Source of the DNA: an uncultured Kiritimatiellota bacterium
GTDB lineage: Bacteria; Verrucomicrobiota; Kiritimatiellia; RFP12; DVOR01
Reading direction: 5' to 3'
Length of the DNA stretch: 64,000 nt
NCBI GenBank assembly: GCA_944389945.1
Contig: CALXOF010000010.1
Location: 3,219 to 67,218, forward strand
Made by a program: the position numbers and the translations under genes. The notes under the pieces were generated by a model. It was given only the letters and a program-made list of their open reading frames with translations. It did not search any database and was not told the origin of the DNA. Positions 47,134 through 56,041 of this stretch are shown here, one piece after another (the first letter of the stretch is position 1; the number at the start of each line of letters is the position of its first letter).

Positions 47134-47142
47134 ATTGTACCA
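47134..47142 (-). promoter_or_regulatory. Candidate extended -10 promoter (TGgTACAAT) giving a leaderless LysR transcript
   Basis: The minus strand reads TGGTACAAT-GGAGAC-ATG. With 6 intervening nt, the A of the ATG falls at the expected +1. Confidence 0.45.
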
Positions 47143-47203
47143 CAGCCACCCACTTCAGTCTTCCCCGCACCGCTCGATTGTCCCCATTCTTCTCCTTGTC
47201 ATG

Positions 47204-47309
47204 CCCCCATAAAGCCCCCTCGCGAGACCCTATAGGGGTCCGCGGTCAACCACTATAGTGGTCGGGGTCGAGGCCCTATAGTGGTCCAAGTCGAAACCCT
47301 TAAGGGCCC
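47204..47309. repeat. Palindromic intergenic element, locus E (P1-3xP3-P2)
   Basis: CCCCCATAAAGCCCCC ... GAGACCCTATAGGGGTC, AACCACTATAGTGGTC, GGCCCTATAGTGGTC ... GAAACCCTTAAGGGCCC. Confidence 0.85.
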
Positions 47310-47400
47310 AGAAACGACCTAGTACGAGACAAAGGAAAAGTATGCAACGCTTCCTCAAAAAGGGTGTGATTGTCTAAAAATAATCGCTTACCCTAAAACA

Positions 47401-47427
47401 AAAAAGCCCGCCGGGGCGGGCTTTTTG
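47401..47427. terminator. Bidirectional rho-independent terminator downstream of the phosphofructokinase gene
   Basis: AAAAAGCCCGC CGGG GCGGGCTTTTT. Confidence 0.8.
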
Positions 47428-47444
47428 AAGAAGTCGCCTGGGCC

Positions 47445-48815
47445 TCAGGGGACGTAGAGGGTGGAGGCGGACTTGTTGTCGGAGGGGTTGAGGTAGTATT
47501 CCTGGCCGGTGGCGACAAGGACGGAGGACCAGAGGTTGGAGGTGAGCTCCACCTTGCGGCGCTCGATGGTGGCCAGCGGAATCGGAACGAGGGAGTAATC
47601 GTCGTTCAGGCGACCAACAACGCAGTTGGTGCGGCCGGCCATGGCGGCGTGGGCGGCCATGCGGGCGAGGCGGTAGCAGAGGACTGCATCGGAGGCATCG
47701 GCGGGGCAGGAACGAATGGTGTAGGAGGGATCGATGTACTTGACCGTGACGTCTTCCTTACGGGCCTTGAAGTGCTCGAGGATACGGTTCTTGAGGTACT
47801 CGCCGATGTCCTTCTTGAGAATGTTACCGGAGGCATCACGGCGCTCTTCGCCTTCCATGAGTTCCTGGCCGGCACCTTCGGCGACGACGATAACGGCGTG
47901 GCTCTTGCCGGAGGCGAAGCGGCGCTCGAGGGCCGCGAGGAGACCGTGCTCGCCATCAACGGTGAAGGGCTGCTCGGGGATGAGGCAGAAGTTCACAACG
48001 GGGTTGGCGAGGGTGGCGTAAGCGGCGATGAAGCCAGAGTCGCGGCCCATGAGCTTGACGAGGCCGATACCATAGTGGGCGCCAAGCGCCTCGGAGTGGG
48101 CGGAGCGGATGGCGGGAACGGCGGCGGCCACGGCGGTCTCGAAACCAAAGGTGCGGCCGACGAAGTGGAGGTCGTTGTCGATGGTCTTCGGGATGCCGAC
48201 GACGGAAATCTTGAGGCCACGGCGACGGCACTCGTTGGAGACGTCGCGGGCGCAACGGAGGGAGCCATCGCCGCCAATCGTGAAGAGGACGTTGATGCCC
48301 ATGCGCTCAAGGGTGTCGACCATGCGGGCGGTGTCCTGCTGGCCGCGGGAGGAACCGAGGAGCGTGCCGCCCCACTCGTGGATGGTGTCGACCTTGTCCG
48401 GCGTGAGAATCATGGGCTCGTAGCCGAACTCGGGGATGAGGCCGGCGTAGCCATAACGGAAGCCGTAAATCGTCTTGATGCCATAGCTGAAGGTCAGAAC
48501 CTCGACCAGGCCCTTGATGACGTTGTTCAGGCCCGGGCAGAGGCCGCCGGCGGTGACGATGGCGGCGCGGGTGGCGCTGGGATCGTGGAAAATCTTACGG
48601 TGGGGACCGGCGCTCTCAAGCTTGGGCGCGGCCCCATACTTCTTGACGAACTCCTGGACGTAGCTGGCGCGCACGCTCAGCAGGGAGTACATATCGTCCT
48701 CTTCCACGAAGTTCGTGTTCTTGACCGGAGAATCAACCTTGCACTCACCAAGATTCTCGGTGATGAAAGTAAACTTGGAGGGGTCGTCGAAAATACGCTC
48801 GAATAACGAAGCCAT
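47445..48815 (-). CDS. pfkA: 6-phosphofructokinase, long form; phosphoryl donor (ATP or PPi) not resolved
   Basis: TIGGDGS and GIPKTIDND motifs, MGRDSGF. ATG at 48815 follows SD GAGAGGA. Confidence 0.9.
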   Translation of the reverse strand: MASLFERIFDDPSKFTFITENLGECKVDSPVKNTNFVEEDDMYSLLSVRASYVQEFVKKYGAAPKLESAGPHRKIFHDPSATRAAIVTAGGLCPGLNNVIKGLVEVLTFSYGIKTIYGFRYGYAGLIPEFGYEPMILTPDKVDTIHEWGGTLLGSSRGQQDTARMVDTLERMGINVLFTIGGDGSLRCARDVSNECRRRGLKISVVGIPKTIDNDLHFVGRTFGFETAVAAAVPAIRSAHSEALGAHYGIGLVKLMGRDSGFIAAYATLANPVVNFCLIPEQPFTVDGEHGLLAALERRFASGKSHAVIVVAEGAGQELMEGEERRDASGNILKKDIGEYLKNRILEHFKARKEDVTVKYIDPSYTIRSCPADASDAVLCYRLARMAAHAAMAGRTNCVVGRLNDDYSLVPIPLATIERRKVELTSNLWSSVLVATGQEYYLNPSDNKSASTLYVP

Positions 48816-48864
48816 AAAATGTCCTCTCGTCTGCTCGACCCAGGGTGGGTCAAGTTGGGGCAAT

Positions 48865-48893
48865 ATTATACGGTTTTACCTCGCGTCAGTCAA
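48865..48893 (-). promoter_or_regulatory. Consensus sigma70-type promoter TTGACT-17 nt-TATAAT for the phosphofructokinase gene
   Basis: The minus strand reads TTGACTGACGCGAGGTAAAACCGTATAAT about 50 nt upstream of the ATG. Confidence 0.6.
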
Positions 48894-48899
48894 ATCCAT

Positions 48900-51596
48900 T
48901 TACCGGCGCAGGAGGGTGCGGAGCAGGAAACGGATGGGCAACGGCGTAATCACCAACGTGGCGATAAGCAGGGCGGCCAGGCCTTCCGCCAAACGCGTCC
49001 ATGGCAGGACCAGAACGGTGGGGAGGCCGCCGAAGGGCATCCAGGCAAGCGTCCAGCCCGTGAAGCCCCAACCAATCGAAAGGCCGAGCAACAAGGAGAG
49101 CACGGCGGCCACGATGCAGAGGAGCAGGGCTTGCGCCAAAAGGAAGCGTCCCAGCTGTCCGCGCGTCATGCCGATGGCGTGAAGGGTGCGCAACTCTCCG
49201 GCCATAGCGCGAACATTCGCGGCGAGCAAGGAGACGAACCCGAAGCTGAGAATGAGGAGCGACCACAGCGGAATACGAGCCAGTTCGCCAAGGAGCTCCG
49301 AACTGTGCGCCAAGGTTCCCTCGGAAATCTCATCGCGCAGGTGGAGGACGGCATTGGGAAAGGCGGACTTCGCACCCGGACCGAAGCCACGGCCACGCCA
49401 CGGCTCCGGGTCAGACTCGGCCGCTTGCTGAAAACGCAGTTCCAACAAATCGCCGACGGAATAGAGCGCCGCCGTATCTTGGGCCGGCGGGAGCTCATCA
49501 AGCCAGAGGAAGCGGACGCGCGCGGCCTGTTCGGGGTCCCAGGCTTGAGTGACATCTCGTCCCACAAAGACGGGGCCAAGGGTGCCAAAAGGCGCACCAT
49601 TGCGGGCACGAAGTCCGGCGCGGGCGGTGACGAGGTGCCAATTGCAACGGGCAACGTCGGTGACGGTGAGCGGCAGGGTGTGAACGATTCCCTGCGCGTC
49701 GCGCCGCTGGATGGAGAAGGTATCGCCGACCCCGATGCGGCATTGACGGGCGAACATCTCGGTGACGGTAACGCCCGTCTCGCCTTCGGTGCCGATAAGG
49801 AGGATGTTGTTCTGTTTTGGAAGTCGACCGGTACGTTCACCGATGGCTACGAAGTCGGCATCGGAGAGGCGATATTGCTCAGCGAAGAAGGGACGGACGG
49901 GAAGCTCCTTGACAAGGGTATCCGCGCAGGTCTGGCTGATGCCGTTGGGGAGAAAGGAGACGATGGCCGGAGGTAAATCGCGCGAGGGGATGAAGGGGTC
50001 AGTGAGCGAGGCCCCCCAGATATGGATGGCAAAGAAGGCACCAAGGCCGGCTGTCAGGGTGAGAGCCATGCGGGCGTTGCGGTCAACGGCACGGGTGAGG
50101 ACGCCGCGCAACAACTCCGGGCGCAGACGTAACACGGCGCCAAGCGGGCGCGCCAAGGCCCATTCGCACGCCGCCATCAAGGGGCGCGTAAACGCCATCA
50201 AGCCGAAGACAGCCAACGGCAACGCAATCAAAAACCACACGCTCCGCAACCAAGGATTGGGCGTAAAAGGGATGACCGTAAGCACAATCGGCACCAAACA
50301 GAGCAAAGCCCAAACCCCGCGCCAAACGGGATGGGCCACGCGCCAAGCCTCGGGGCGCACGCGCAAATCACAGGGGCCAAGCCGCGCCGCCCGACGCAGG
50401 GGCACGCACAGTGCAATCCCGGCGGACAGCATCAACAAGGCCGCCACGGCCACGGGCGTGACCCAACCAATCACAAGCCCATCCGGGAAGGTCAACGGAT
50501 TCGCCTCAATGAAAACGGCCAGCGCCCCTACCCCAATGCCAAATCCAATCACGCCGCCAACACCGGCAAGGAAAAGGGCCTCGCGGGAGACAAGCGCCAT
50601 GAGCTGACGCGACGTCATGCCAAGGGCGCGCAGGCGGGCATAGCGGACACGGTTTTGTTCCAGGCCCACGCAGAGCGCATTCACAATCATGCAAAGCGTG
50701 GCCACGCAAGCGAGGGCCACCAGAAGCGGAAGCTGAAAGAGAAGGTTGTTTGTCGCATCAGAGCGAAGTTGGCGCAAGAGGCCCTGTCGCGTAACCAACG
50801 TGGCCGCATCGTCGTCCGGCGAGACGGTTCGGACAGTCTCGGCCAGGGCATCAGGCGACCGGAAGGGTTTCAAGCGGATGAGCATGAGATTGCACAGCCC
50901 CTTGGTCTCGGCCAAAGCGGCGGCCTCGGCAAGCGTATCGCTGGCAAACATCGTTGGGAACCCGCCCACAGGGCGAATGGATTCAGCAAGATAACCACAA
51001 ATCGTTGCCTCAACGCGCCCCTTCGGCGTGATGACCGGGACCTTTGTGCCAATAGGCGGGGCATCGCGCAACCCCTCTTCACCGAAGGCACGCGGGGAGA
51101 TGACAAACTCCGGCTCGGACGCATCGGCACGGGGCCATCGCCCGGCGGCCAGCCCGTCCGGATAAGGGCATTCGGGGAAGTCACGGACAGGCGCGATGCC
51201 GCCCCCCACCCCGGGGCCTTGAAGCGGACGCACCTCGGGACGCCAATCGAGGCGACAGCGAAAAACGGTAGTGGCGAGGACGCTCTCAACGTCCGGCGAG
51301 GCCTTGACCGCATCCGCCACGGCACGTGGGATCATCTTGACGGGCGAACCGTGCGTGAGCGACTGCATGCCGCTGCCTTTCGGCGCGGCGGCAGAAGCAC
51401 GCCCCGTGGCGACCCAACAGTCGAACGGCTTGCCCATCGTCTCGGCAAGCGGCTTGCACTGCGCTGTTGTGGTCACGGCCAGGCCAACAGACCAAGCTAA
51501 TAGCGCGGCGGCCGCGGTCACGCCAACGAGTGCACAAATCAGGCGTACGCGGTCACGCCGCAATACATCTCGAAACAGGAGTCCCAGAGCGCTCAC
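48900..51596 (-). CDS. ABC transporter permease with two FtsX-type domains (MacB/LolCE-like)
   Basis: 898 aa. Two blocks of 4 TM helices, each preceded by a large extracytoplasmic region. GTGA overlap with the ATPase gene. Confidence 0.8.
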   Translation of the reverse strand: MSALGLLFRDVLRRDRVRLICALVGVTAAAALLAWSVGLAVTTTAQCKPLAETMGKPFDCWVATGRASAAAPKGSGMQSLTHGSPVKMIPRAVADAVKASPDVESVLATTVFRCRLDWRPEVRPLQGPGVGGGIAPVRDFPECPYPDGLAAGRWPRADASEPEFVISPRAFGEEGLRDAPPIGTKVPVITPKGRVEATICGYLAESIRPVGGFPTMFASDTLAEAAALAETKGLCNLMLIRLKPFRSPDALAETVRTVSPDDDAATLVTRQGLLRQLRSDATNNLLFQLPLLVALACVATLCMIVNALCVGLEQNRVRYARLRALGMTSRQLMALVSREALFLAGVGGVIGFGIGVGALAVFIEANPLTFPDGLVIGWVTPVAVAALLMLSAGIALCVPLRRAARLGPCDLRVRPEAWRVAHPVWRGVWALLCLVPIVLTVIPFTPNPWLRSVWFLIALPLAVFGLMAFTRPLMAACEWALARPLGAVLRLRPELLRGVLTRAVDRNARMALTLTAGLGAFFAIHIWGASLTDPFIPSRDLPPAIVSFLPNGISQTCADTLVKELPVRPFFAEQYRLSDADFVAIGERTGRLPKQNNILLIGTEGETGVTVTEMFARQCRIGVGDTFSIQRRDAQGIVHTLPLTVTDVARCNWHLVTARAGLRARNGAPFGTLGPVFVGRDVTQAWDPEQAARVRFLWLDELPPAQDTAALYSVGDLLELRFQQAAESDPEPWRGRGFGPGAKSAFPNAVLHLRDEISEGTLAHSSELLGELARIPLWSLLILSFGFVSLLAANVRAMAGELRTLHAIGMTRGQLGRFLLAQALLLCIVAAVLSLLLGLSIGWGFTGWTLAWMPFGGLPTVLVLPWTRLAEGLAALLIATLVITPLPIRFLLRTLLRR

Positions 51597-52318
51597 ACCA
51601 TGCGCTCCAAATAGTTGGCGGAGACGGCGGCAGGGTCATGGCCCGTCTCGAAGGCACCACGGATTTGACCGTCGCGCAGGATATGGACGACATCGGCGGC
51701 GGCGGCGACCTGCGGGTCGTGCGAGATGAGGAGGATGGCCGCGCCAAGCTCACGGTTGAGCCGCGTGAGGGTAGCGCAAAACTCGGCGGCGGCAGGAGAA
51801 TCCAGGTTACCGGTGGGTTCGTCAGCCAGGATGATGTCCGGGTTCATCGCGAAGGCACGGGCGATGGCAGTACGCTGAGCCTCACCTCCGGAAAGTCGGT
51901 CGGCGGGTTGGGCACGACGGTGCTCCAAACCCACCAAGCGCAGGAGCGTCTCCATCCGTTCTGCGGGGACATCACGGTCGTCAAGAAGAGCAGGCAGTGC
52001 GATATTCTGCGCGACCGTGAGAGTCGGGATGAGGTTGCAATCCTGGAAGACGATGCCAACCGAACGGCGGCGAAGCAAGGTCAGCTCACGGTCGGGAAGC
52101 CCAACCAACGAACGCCCCTTCACGGAGACATCGCCAGAGTCCGGCGGAAGCAATCCCGCGAGGAGGTTCAGAAGCGTACTCTTACCCGCCCCCGAGGGCC
52201 CCATGACGGCATGAAAGGCCCCTTCCGGGACGGCGAGGGTGACGCCGCGCAGGACGTCGACAACGCGCCCTTCCACACGGAAGGATTTGCGCAGATCTGT
52301 GGCTTGAAGAGCGTTCAT
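51593..52318 (-). CDS. ABC transporter ATP-binding protein (MacB/LolD-like)
   Basis: GPSGAGKSTLL, LSGGEAQRTAIARA, IILADEPTGNLD. The start at 52318 lies 1 nt after the TBDR stop. Confidence 0.9.
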   Translation of the reverse strand: MNALQATDLRKSFRVEGRVVDVLRGVTLAVPEGAFHAVMGPSGAGKSTLLNLLAGLLPPDSGDVSVKGRSLVGLPDRELTLLRRRSVGIVFQDCNLIPTLTVAQNIALPALLDDRDVPAERMETLLRLVGLEHRRAQPADRLSGGEAQRTAIARAFAMNPDIILADEPTGNLDSPAAAEFCATLTRLNRELGAAILLISHDPQVAAAADVVHILRDGQIRGAFETGHDPAAVSANYLERMV

Positions 52319-52319
52319 T

Positions 52320-54440
52320 TCAGAAGCGGAAACGAAGGGAGAGCTCAAAGGTACGGCCATCGTTGGCGAAGGCCTGCAGGTTGCGGGCGGACTCCACGCC
52401 GCGCGAATCGAAGATATTGCGCACGGCAAGGCCCAAGGAGAAGTTCTCAGTGAAGGGGAAATCGAGGGAGGCATCAAAGGTGAGGAGGCGCTTGGCGATT
52501 TGGTCCTCACCCGCGGGCTGGCCCCGAAAGGTCATCATCCAATCATCGCGCCAGCGGGCGCCGAAACCGAAGACGGCATCGTAGAACCACGGAGCCTTAT
52601 AGCTCGTCCAGAGCGAGACGGCATGCGGCGGGAAGCGGTCGAAGCGGAGCCCGTTGGTCTTGTCGTAGTAATCGATGTAGGCGTAGGCCAGATAGATGGA
52701 CCAATTGTCGGTGATGTCTCCGGAGGCGGAGAGTTCCACGCCCTGGGAGTAGGTCTTGCCGTCGTCTGAGTAGTAACCCTCACCGGTGAGATCGTTGTCC
52801 ATGGCGATGGGCGCGTTGGACTGGTCGATGCGGAAAACCGTACCCGTGAGCCAGAGACTGCCGGTGGGATTCACGCGGATGCCGGCCTCTTTCTGCACGG
52901 CGCGCCAAGTGCTGTCCAGGTAATCCGAAGGCGAAGAGCCAGTGTTATCGGGCCAACGCTTGTAGTTAAAGTTCGGGGTCTCGGTGAGGGAGACGTTGGC
53001 AAAGAGAATGGCGCGCCCGGCCTCAAGAATGTCGTAGGAGACACCAAAACGCGGGGAGAAAGTCCACTCGTGCACGTGATTCACGCTGTCGTGCCAGTCG
53101 GCACGCACGCCGGCGATGACGCTGAGTCCGTGCCACTCCAACAGGTCTTGCACGTTGAAGCCGACCTTCTGCTGGCGCGTATCGGAATAGCCGGAGGCCT
53201 TGATGGTCTCGAGATAATTCTCTTCCGTGATAGTGCCGCCGCGGCCTGTGGAGGTGAAACCGCTCCAGCCCTGGCTCTCCTTCACGGTGGTGTTCACGCT
53301 CACGAGGAACTGATGATCCACGCCCCAGGTGTCGAACTTGAAGATAGCGTCCTGGCCGGCATAGAACGTCCTAGCAAGGCGGTCGCCCGCACCCCATTCA
53401 TATCGCTTGTTGCTGGCCGGATCGGGGTCGAAGCCGGTGTTCGAGTAAGGTCCGCGATAGTCATAGCGGTTCTCAGTCTGAAAGAAGGAGAGGCGCGTGC
53501 GCAGGGTCAGCCAATCGGTCACATCGCCGTCCAACCGGAAGGTTCCGCCGAAGGTCTGGAAGCGCATACGGTCGCCGGGGCGCGTGTAGGTGTCGTCCCA
53601 ACCGCTACCGTAGGGTTTTCCATAGAGCGTGCGCACACCTTGGAAAGCCGGCTGGTCACTGTATTGATAGAAGAGGTCAAGCCCGGCCTCCAAACGGTCG
53701 GCCACACGCAACGAGAGGCTCGGGGCCGCGGAGAAAGTCGTCCCGTGCCCGGCGTCCGAGGGGGCCCACCCCGGCTCGCGCCATTCGTAGGCCATCGGCA
53801 CACGCACCGCAAGCCGCTCATCCACGAACACTTGATTCACGTCCGTGGCAAACTTTAGGCGCGTCCCCGAGGCTTTGGAATAGGAACCCTTCAGTAAGAA
53901 GTCGTAGAAGTCTTCCTCAAAGGAGGCCCGCTTAGGCTGCAGAATCACTGTTCCACCTGCCCCCATGAGATCCGTCATGCTCCCCATCTGCGCACCGTAC
54001 GCGCCGCCGACCGGCCCTTTCACGATGTCCACCCGTTCCAAGAGCGTCGGGTCAAGGAAGGTCACCACGCCGCCACTCAGCGGCACCCCGCCCAACAACA
54101 CTTCACTCCCCGAATAACCACGAATTGTGTAAGTTCCGGCCTGCCGCGCCATTACGGTCTTGCCGCCTTGATAAATACCAGGCTGAAGCGTCACCAACTG
54201 ATCCAGGTCGGTCGCATTCCGCTCGCGGATGAAGTCTTCGGTCAGCGAATCGACCGTGAAGGGCGATCGCTCAGGCGGCAACTCCACCAGCGTCCCGGCA
54301 TCGGTCGTCTCCGTCCGATACTTCGGCAACGGCGCGGCCGTCACTTGAACCGTCTCGTTCGTCGTCACCGTTTCTTCGCCCAACGTCATACCCGGAAGAA
54401 GCGCGAGCAAACCCAACAAAGCCTTTTCTGAAACTTTCAT
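52320..54440 (-). CDS. TonB-dependent outer-membrane receptor
   Basis: Signal peptide, plug-domain motifs (VDIVKGPVGGAYGAQ), long beta-barrel, C-terminal ...LSLRFRF. Confidence 0.85.
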   Translation of the reverse strand: MKVSEKALLGLLALLPGMTLGEETVTTNETVQVTAAPLPKYRTETTDAGTLVELPPERSPFTVDSLTEDFIRERNATDLDQLVTLQPGIYQGGKTVMARQAGTYTIRGYSGSEVLLGGVPLSGGVVTFLDPTLLERVDIVKGPVGGAYGAQMGSMTDLMGAGGTVILQPKRASFEEDFYDFLLKGSYSKASGTRLKFATDVNQVFVDERLAVRVPMAYEWREPGWAPSDAGHGTTFSAAPSLSLRVADRLEAGLDLFYQYSDQPAFQGVRTLYGKPYGSGWDDTYTRPGDRMRFQTFGGTFRLDGDVTDWLTLRTRLSFFQTENRYDYRGPYSNTGFDPDPASNKRYEWGAGDRLARTFYAGQDAIFKFDTWGVDHQFLVSVNTTVKESQGWSGFTSTGRGGTITEENYLETIKASGYSDTRQQKVGFNVQDLLEWHGLSVIAGVRADWHDSVNHVHEWTFSPRFGVSYDILEAGRAILFANVSLTETPNFNYKRWPDNTGSSPSDYLDSTWRAVQKEAGIRVNPTGSLWLTGTVFRIDQSNAPIAMDNDLTGEGYYSDDGKTYSQGVELSASGDITDNWSIYLAYAYIDYYDKTNGLRFDRFPPHAVSLWTSYKAPWFYDAVFGFGARWRDDWMMTFRGQPAGEDQIAKRLLTFDASLDFPFTENFSLGLAVRNIFDSRGVESARNLQAFANDGRTFELSLRFRF

Positions 54441-54447
54441 AACGCTA

Positions 54448-54456
54448 ATAGTAGCA
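54448..54456 (-). promoter_or_regulatory. Candidate extended -10 promoter (TGcTACTAT) giving a leaderless TBDR-ABC transcript
   Basis: The minus strand reads TGCTACTAT-TAGCGTT-ATG (7 intervening nt, no SD). Confidence 0.4.
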
Positions 54457-54712
54457 CATCCACTTCCTTTGTGGTAAGTAAAATCTTGGCCATTTTTCGC
54501 CCAACAAACCCAAAGTATGCGGCCCCCCAGAAGAGAGCGTTACAGCCCGCAAAGCATGCACGCCCTTTTGTTTAAAGGCGTATGCCTTGGGTAAAAAGGC
54601 AAATGTATAAAGACGCCGCTTAGCGCCTGTCTGAGGAAACGTCAGCAGGAAAAAGGGATGCCTCTTGTTCTTTGGCTTCCTTCTGTTCTGAAAAGCCTTT
54701 TTGACTAGGCGT

Positions 54713-56038
54713 TCATTTTTCGGACTCGACCTTAATCTCAGCCTCTACTGCATCGATTTTAGACTTCATCCCTTCAATCGAAGCGGGCTCAATTTCAGCA
54801 CCCTTCTGCCGCGATGGCGCAGGGGCAGGTCTACTGGCTGGCGACACGTGCTCTTCTGGAGACTCTGCTGGCAAAGCCTTTTCATCCTTCTCCACGCTTG
54901 GCACTTGGGCTTCTTCCATTTCTTCCGCGGAACCAGCAGATGGCGAAGGCGCGGACGGATGATTAGGAGTGCTTCCCTCAACGACGTCCTGTTTGACCGG
55001 CTCTGCCACCTGTGGAGAAGGCTGTTGGACAGTGTTTGCTGCGTTCTGAGAGTCCGTTTCCTGTACCGATGTTTCATCAGCAGTTGATTGATTCGGCTCC
55101 ACTGTCTCCCTTGCCTTCTCTTTAGGCTCGGCGCCTTGCTGTGATGTCTTAGGTTTCTTGTCGGTCGCGTTCACTTTCTTAGGCAGTGGCCGTGGACAAC
55201 TCAAGGGGCCTTTAAACACGGTTCTCGGCACAGGGAATTCCAACGATTTCCAAAGCAACTGCTCCGCTTGCTTCTGTTTCTGGGCCTCCTTTTGCACTTC
55301 CTTAAGCTCTTGTTGCAACGCCTCGGCCTCTTGGTGCAATGCCCTGTTCTGCATCAACAGGCCCACCACGCCGATTAGGGAAAATGCGAAGAGCCCGAAA
55401 CCGACGAAAACAAGCACCTGCAATCCAGAGGAACGGGCAGGCATAGAAAGCGTAGGCTGCGGCATCGCCTCGTAGGAGGGGACATCCTCCGCATACACCG
55501 TCTGTGTCGCGGCCTGTTGCACCTTCGGAAGCATGGTCCGCACCTGCACCGAATATCCAGAAGCGACCCGGCGTAAAATCGCGGAGGCCGCAGGAGGCAA
55601 CGCCGCCACCAGCGCACCAACCATCGACAGGTCAGACAATTCAGAGGGAATCGTCCCTAAAGAGTCCACCGCCGGACTATCCGCATAGGCCGCAAAGAAA
55701 GGTTGCGGGGTGTGGGTCGGCTCCGAAAGCGCCGGCGAGGCCAAGAGCGCCTCAAAGTCTGTCGTCCTCGCTTCCTCCCGGGAGACCCAGGTCACCGCCA
55801 GATAAGTCGCGTCACGGCCACGGAAATCCCAGCCATGCACACTCATGCACCGCACCGCAAAGACCCGGGCCGGAGTGACCCAGACACCCTCAAACCCAGA
55901 CTCTCCGGCATCAAAGTCCGGCAACCGACCAAAGGCCTTTCGACATCCGTCCAACGAGGCGAAGTCAATCTCCTCACGCGGATACGTCCACGCCAGGCCA
56001 TGCTCCGCCGTATAAACGGCCAACGGATACTGTCTCAT
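54713..56038 (-). CDS. Single-pass membrane protein of unknown function (globular N-domain, TM, coiled coil, long disordered tail)
   Basis: N-domain of about 200 aa (…VFAVRCMSVHGWDFRGRDATYLAVTWV…). TM LQVLVFVGFGLFAFSLIGVVGLLM. Coiled coil QEAEALQQELKEVQKEAQKQKQAEQ. The final ~150 aa form a tail rich in P, S, E, Q and K. Confidence 0.6.
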   Translation of the reverse strand: MRQYPLAVYTAEHGLAWTYPREEIDFASLDGCRKAFGRLPDFDAGESGFEGVWVTPARVFAVRCMSVHGWDFRGRDATYLAVTWVSREEARTTDFEALLASPALSEPTHTPQPFFAAYADSPAVDSLGTIPSELSDLSMVGALVAALPPAASAILRRVASGYSVQVRTMLPKVQQAATQTVYAEDVPSYEAMPQPTLSMPARSSGLQVLVFVGFGLFAFSLIGVVGLLMQNRALHQEAEALQQELKEVQKEAQKQKQAEQLLWKSLEFPVPRTVFKGPLSCPRPLPKKVNATDKKPKTSQQGAEPKEKARETVEPNQSTADETSVQETDSQNAANTVQQPSPQVAEPVKQDVVEGSTPNHPSAPSPSAGSAEEMEEAQVPSVEKDEKALPAESPEEHVSPASRPAPAPSRQKGAEIEPASIEGMKSKIDAVEAEIKVESEK

Positions 56039-56041
56039 CTG

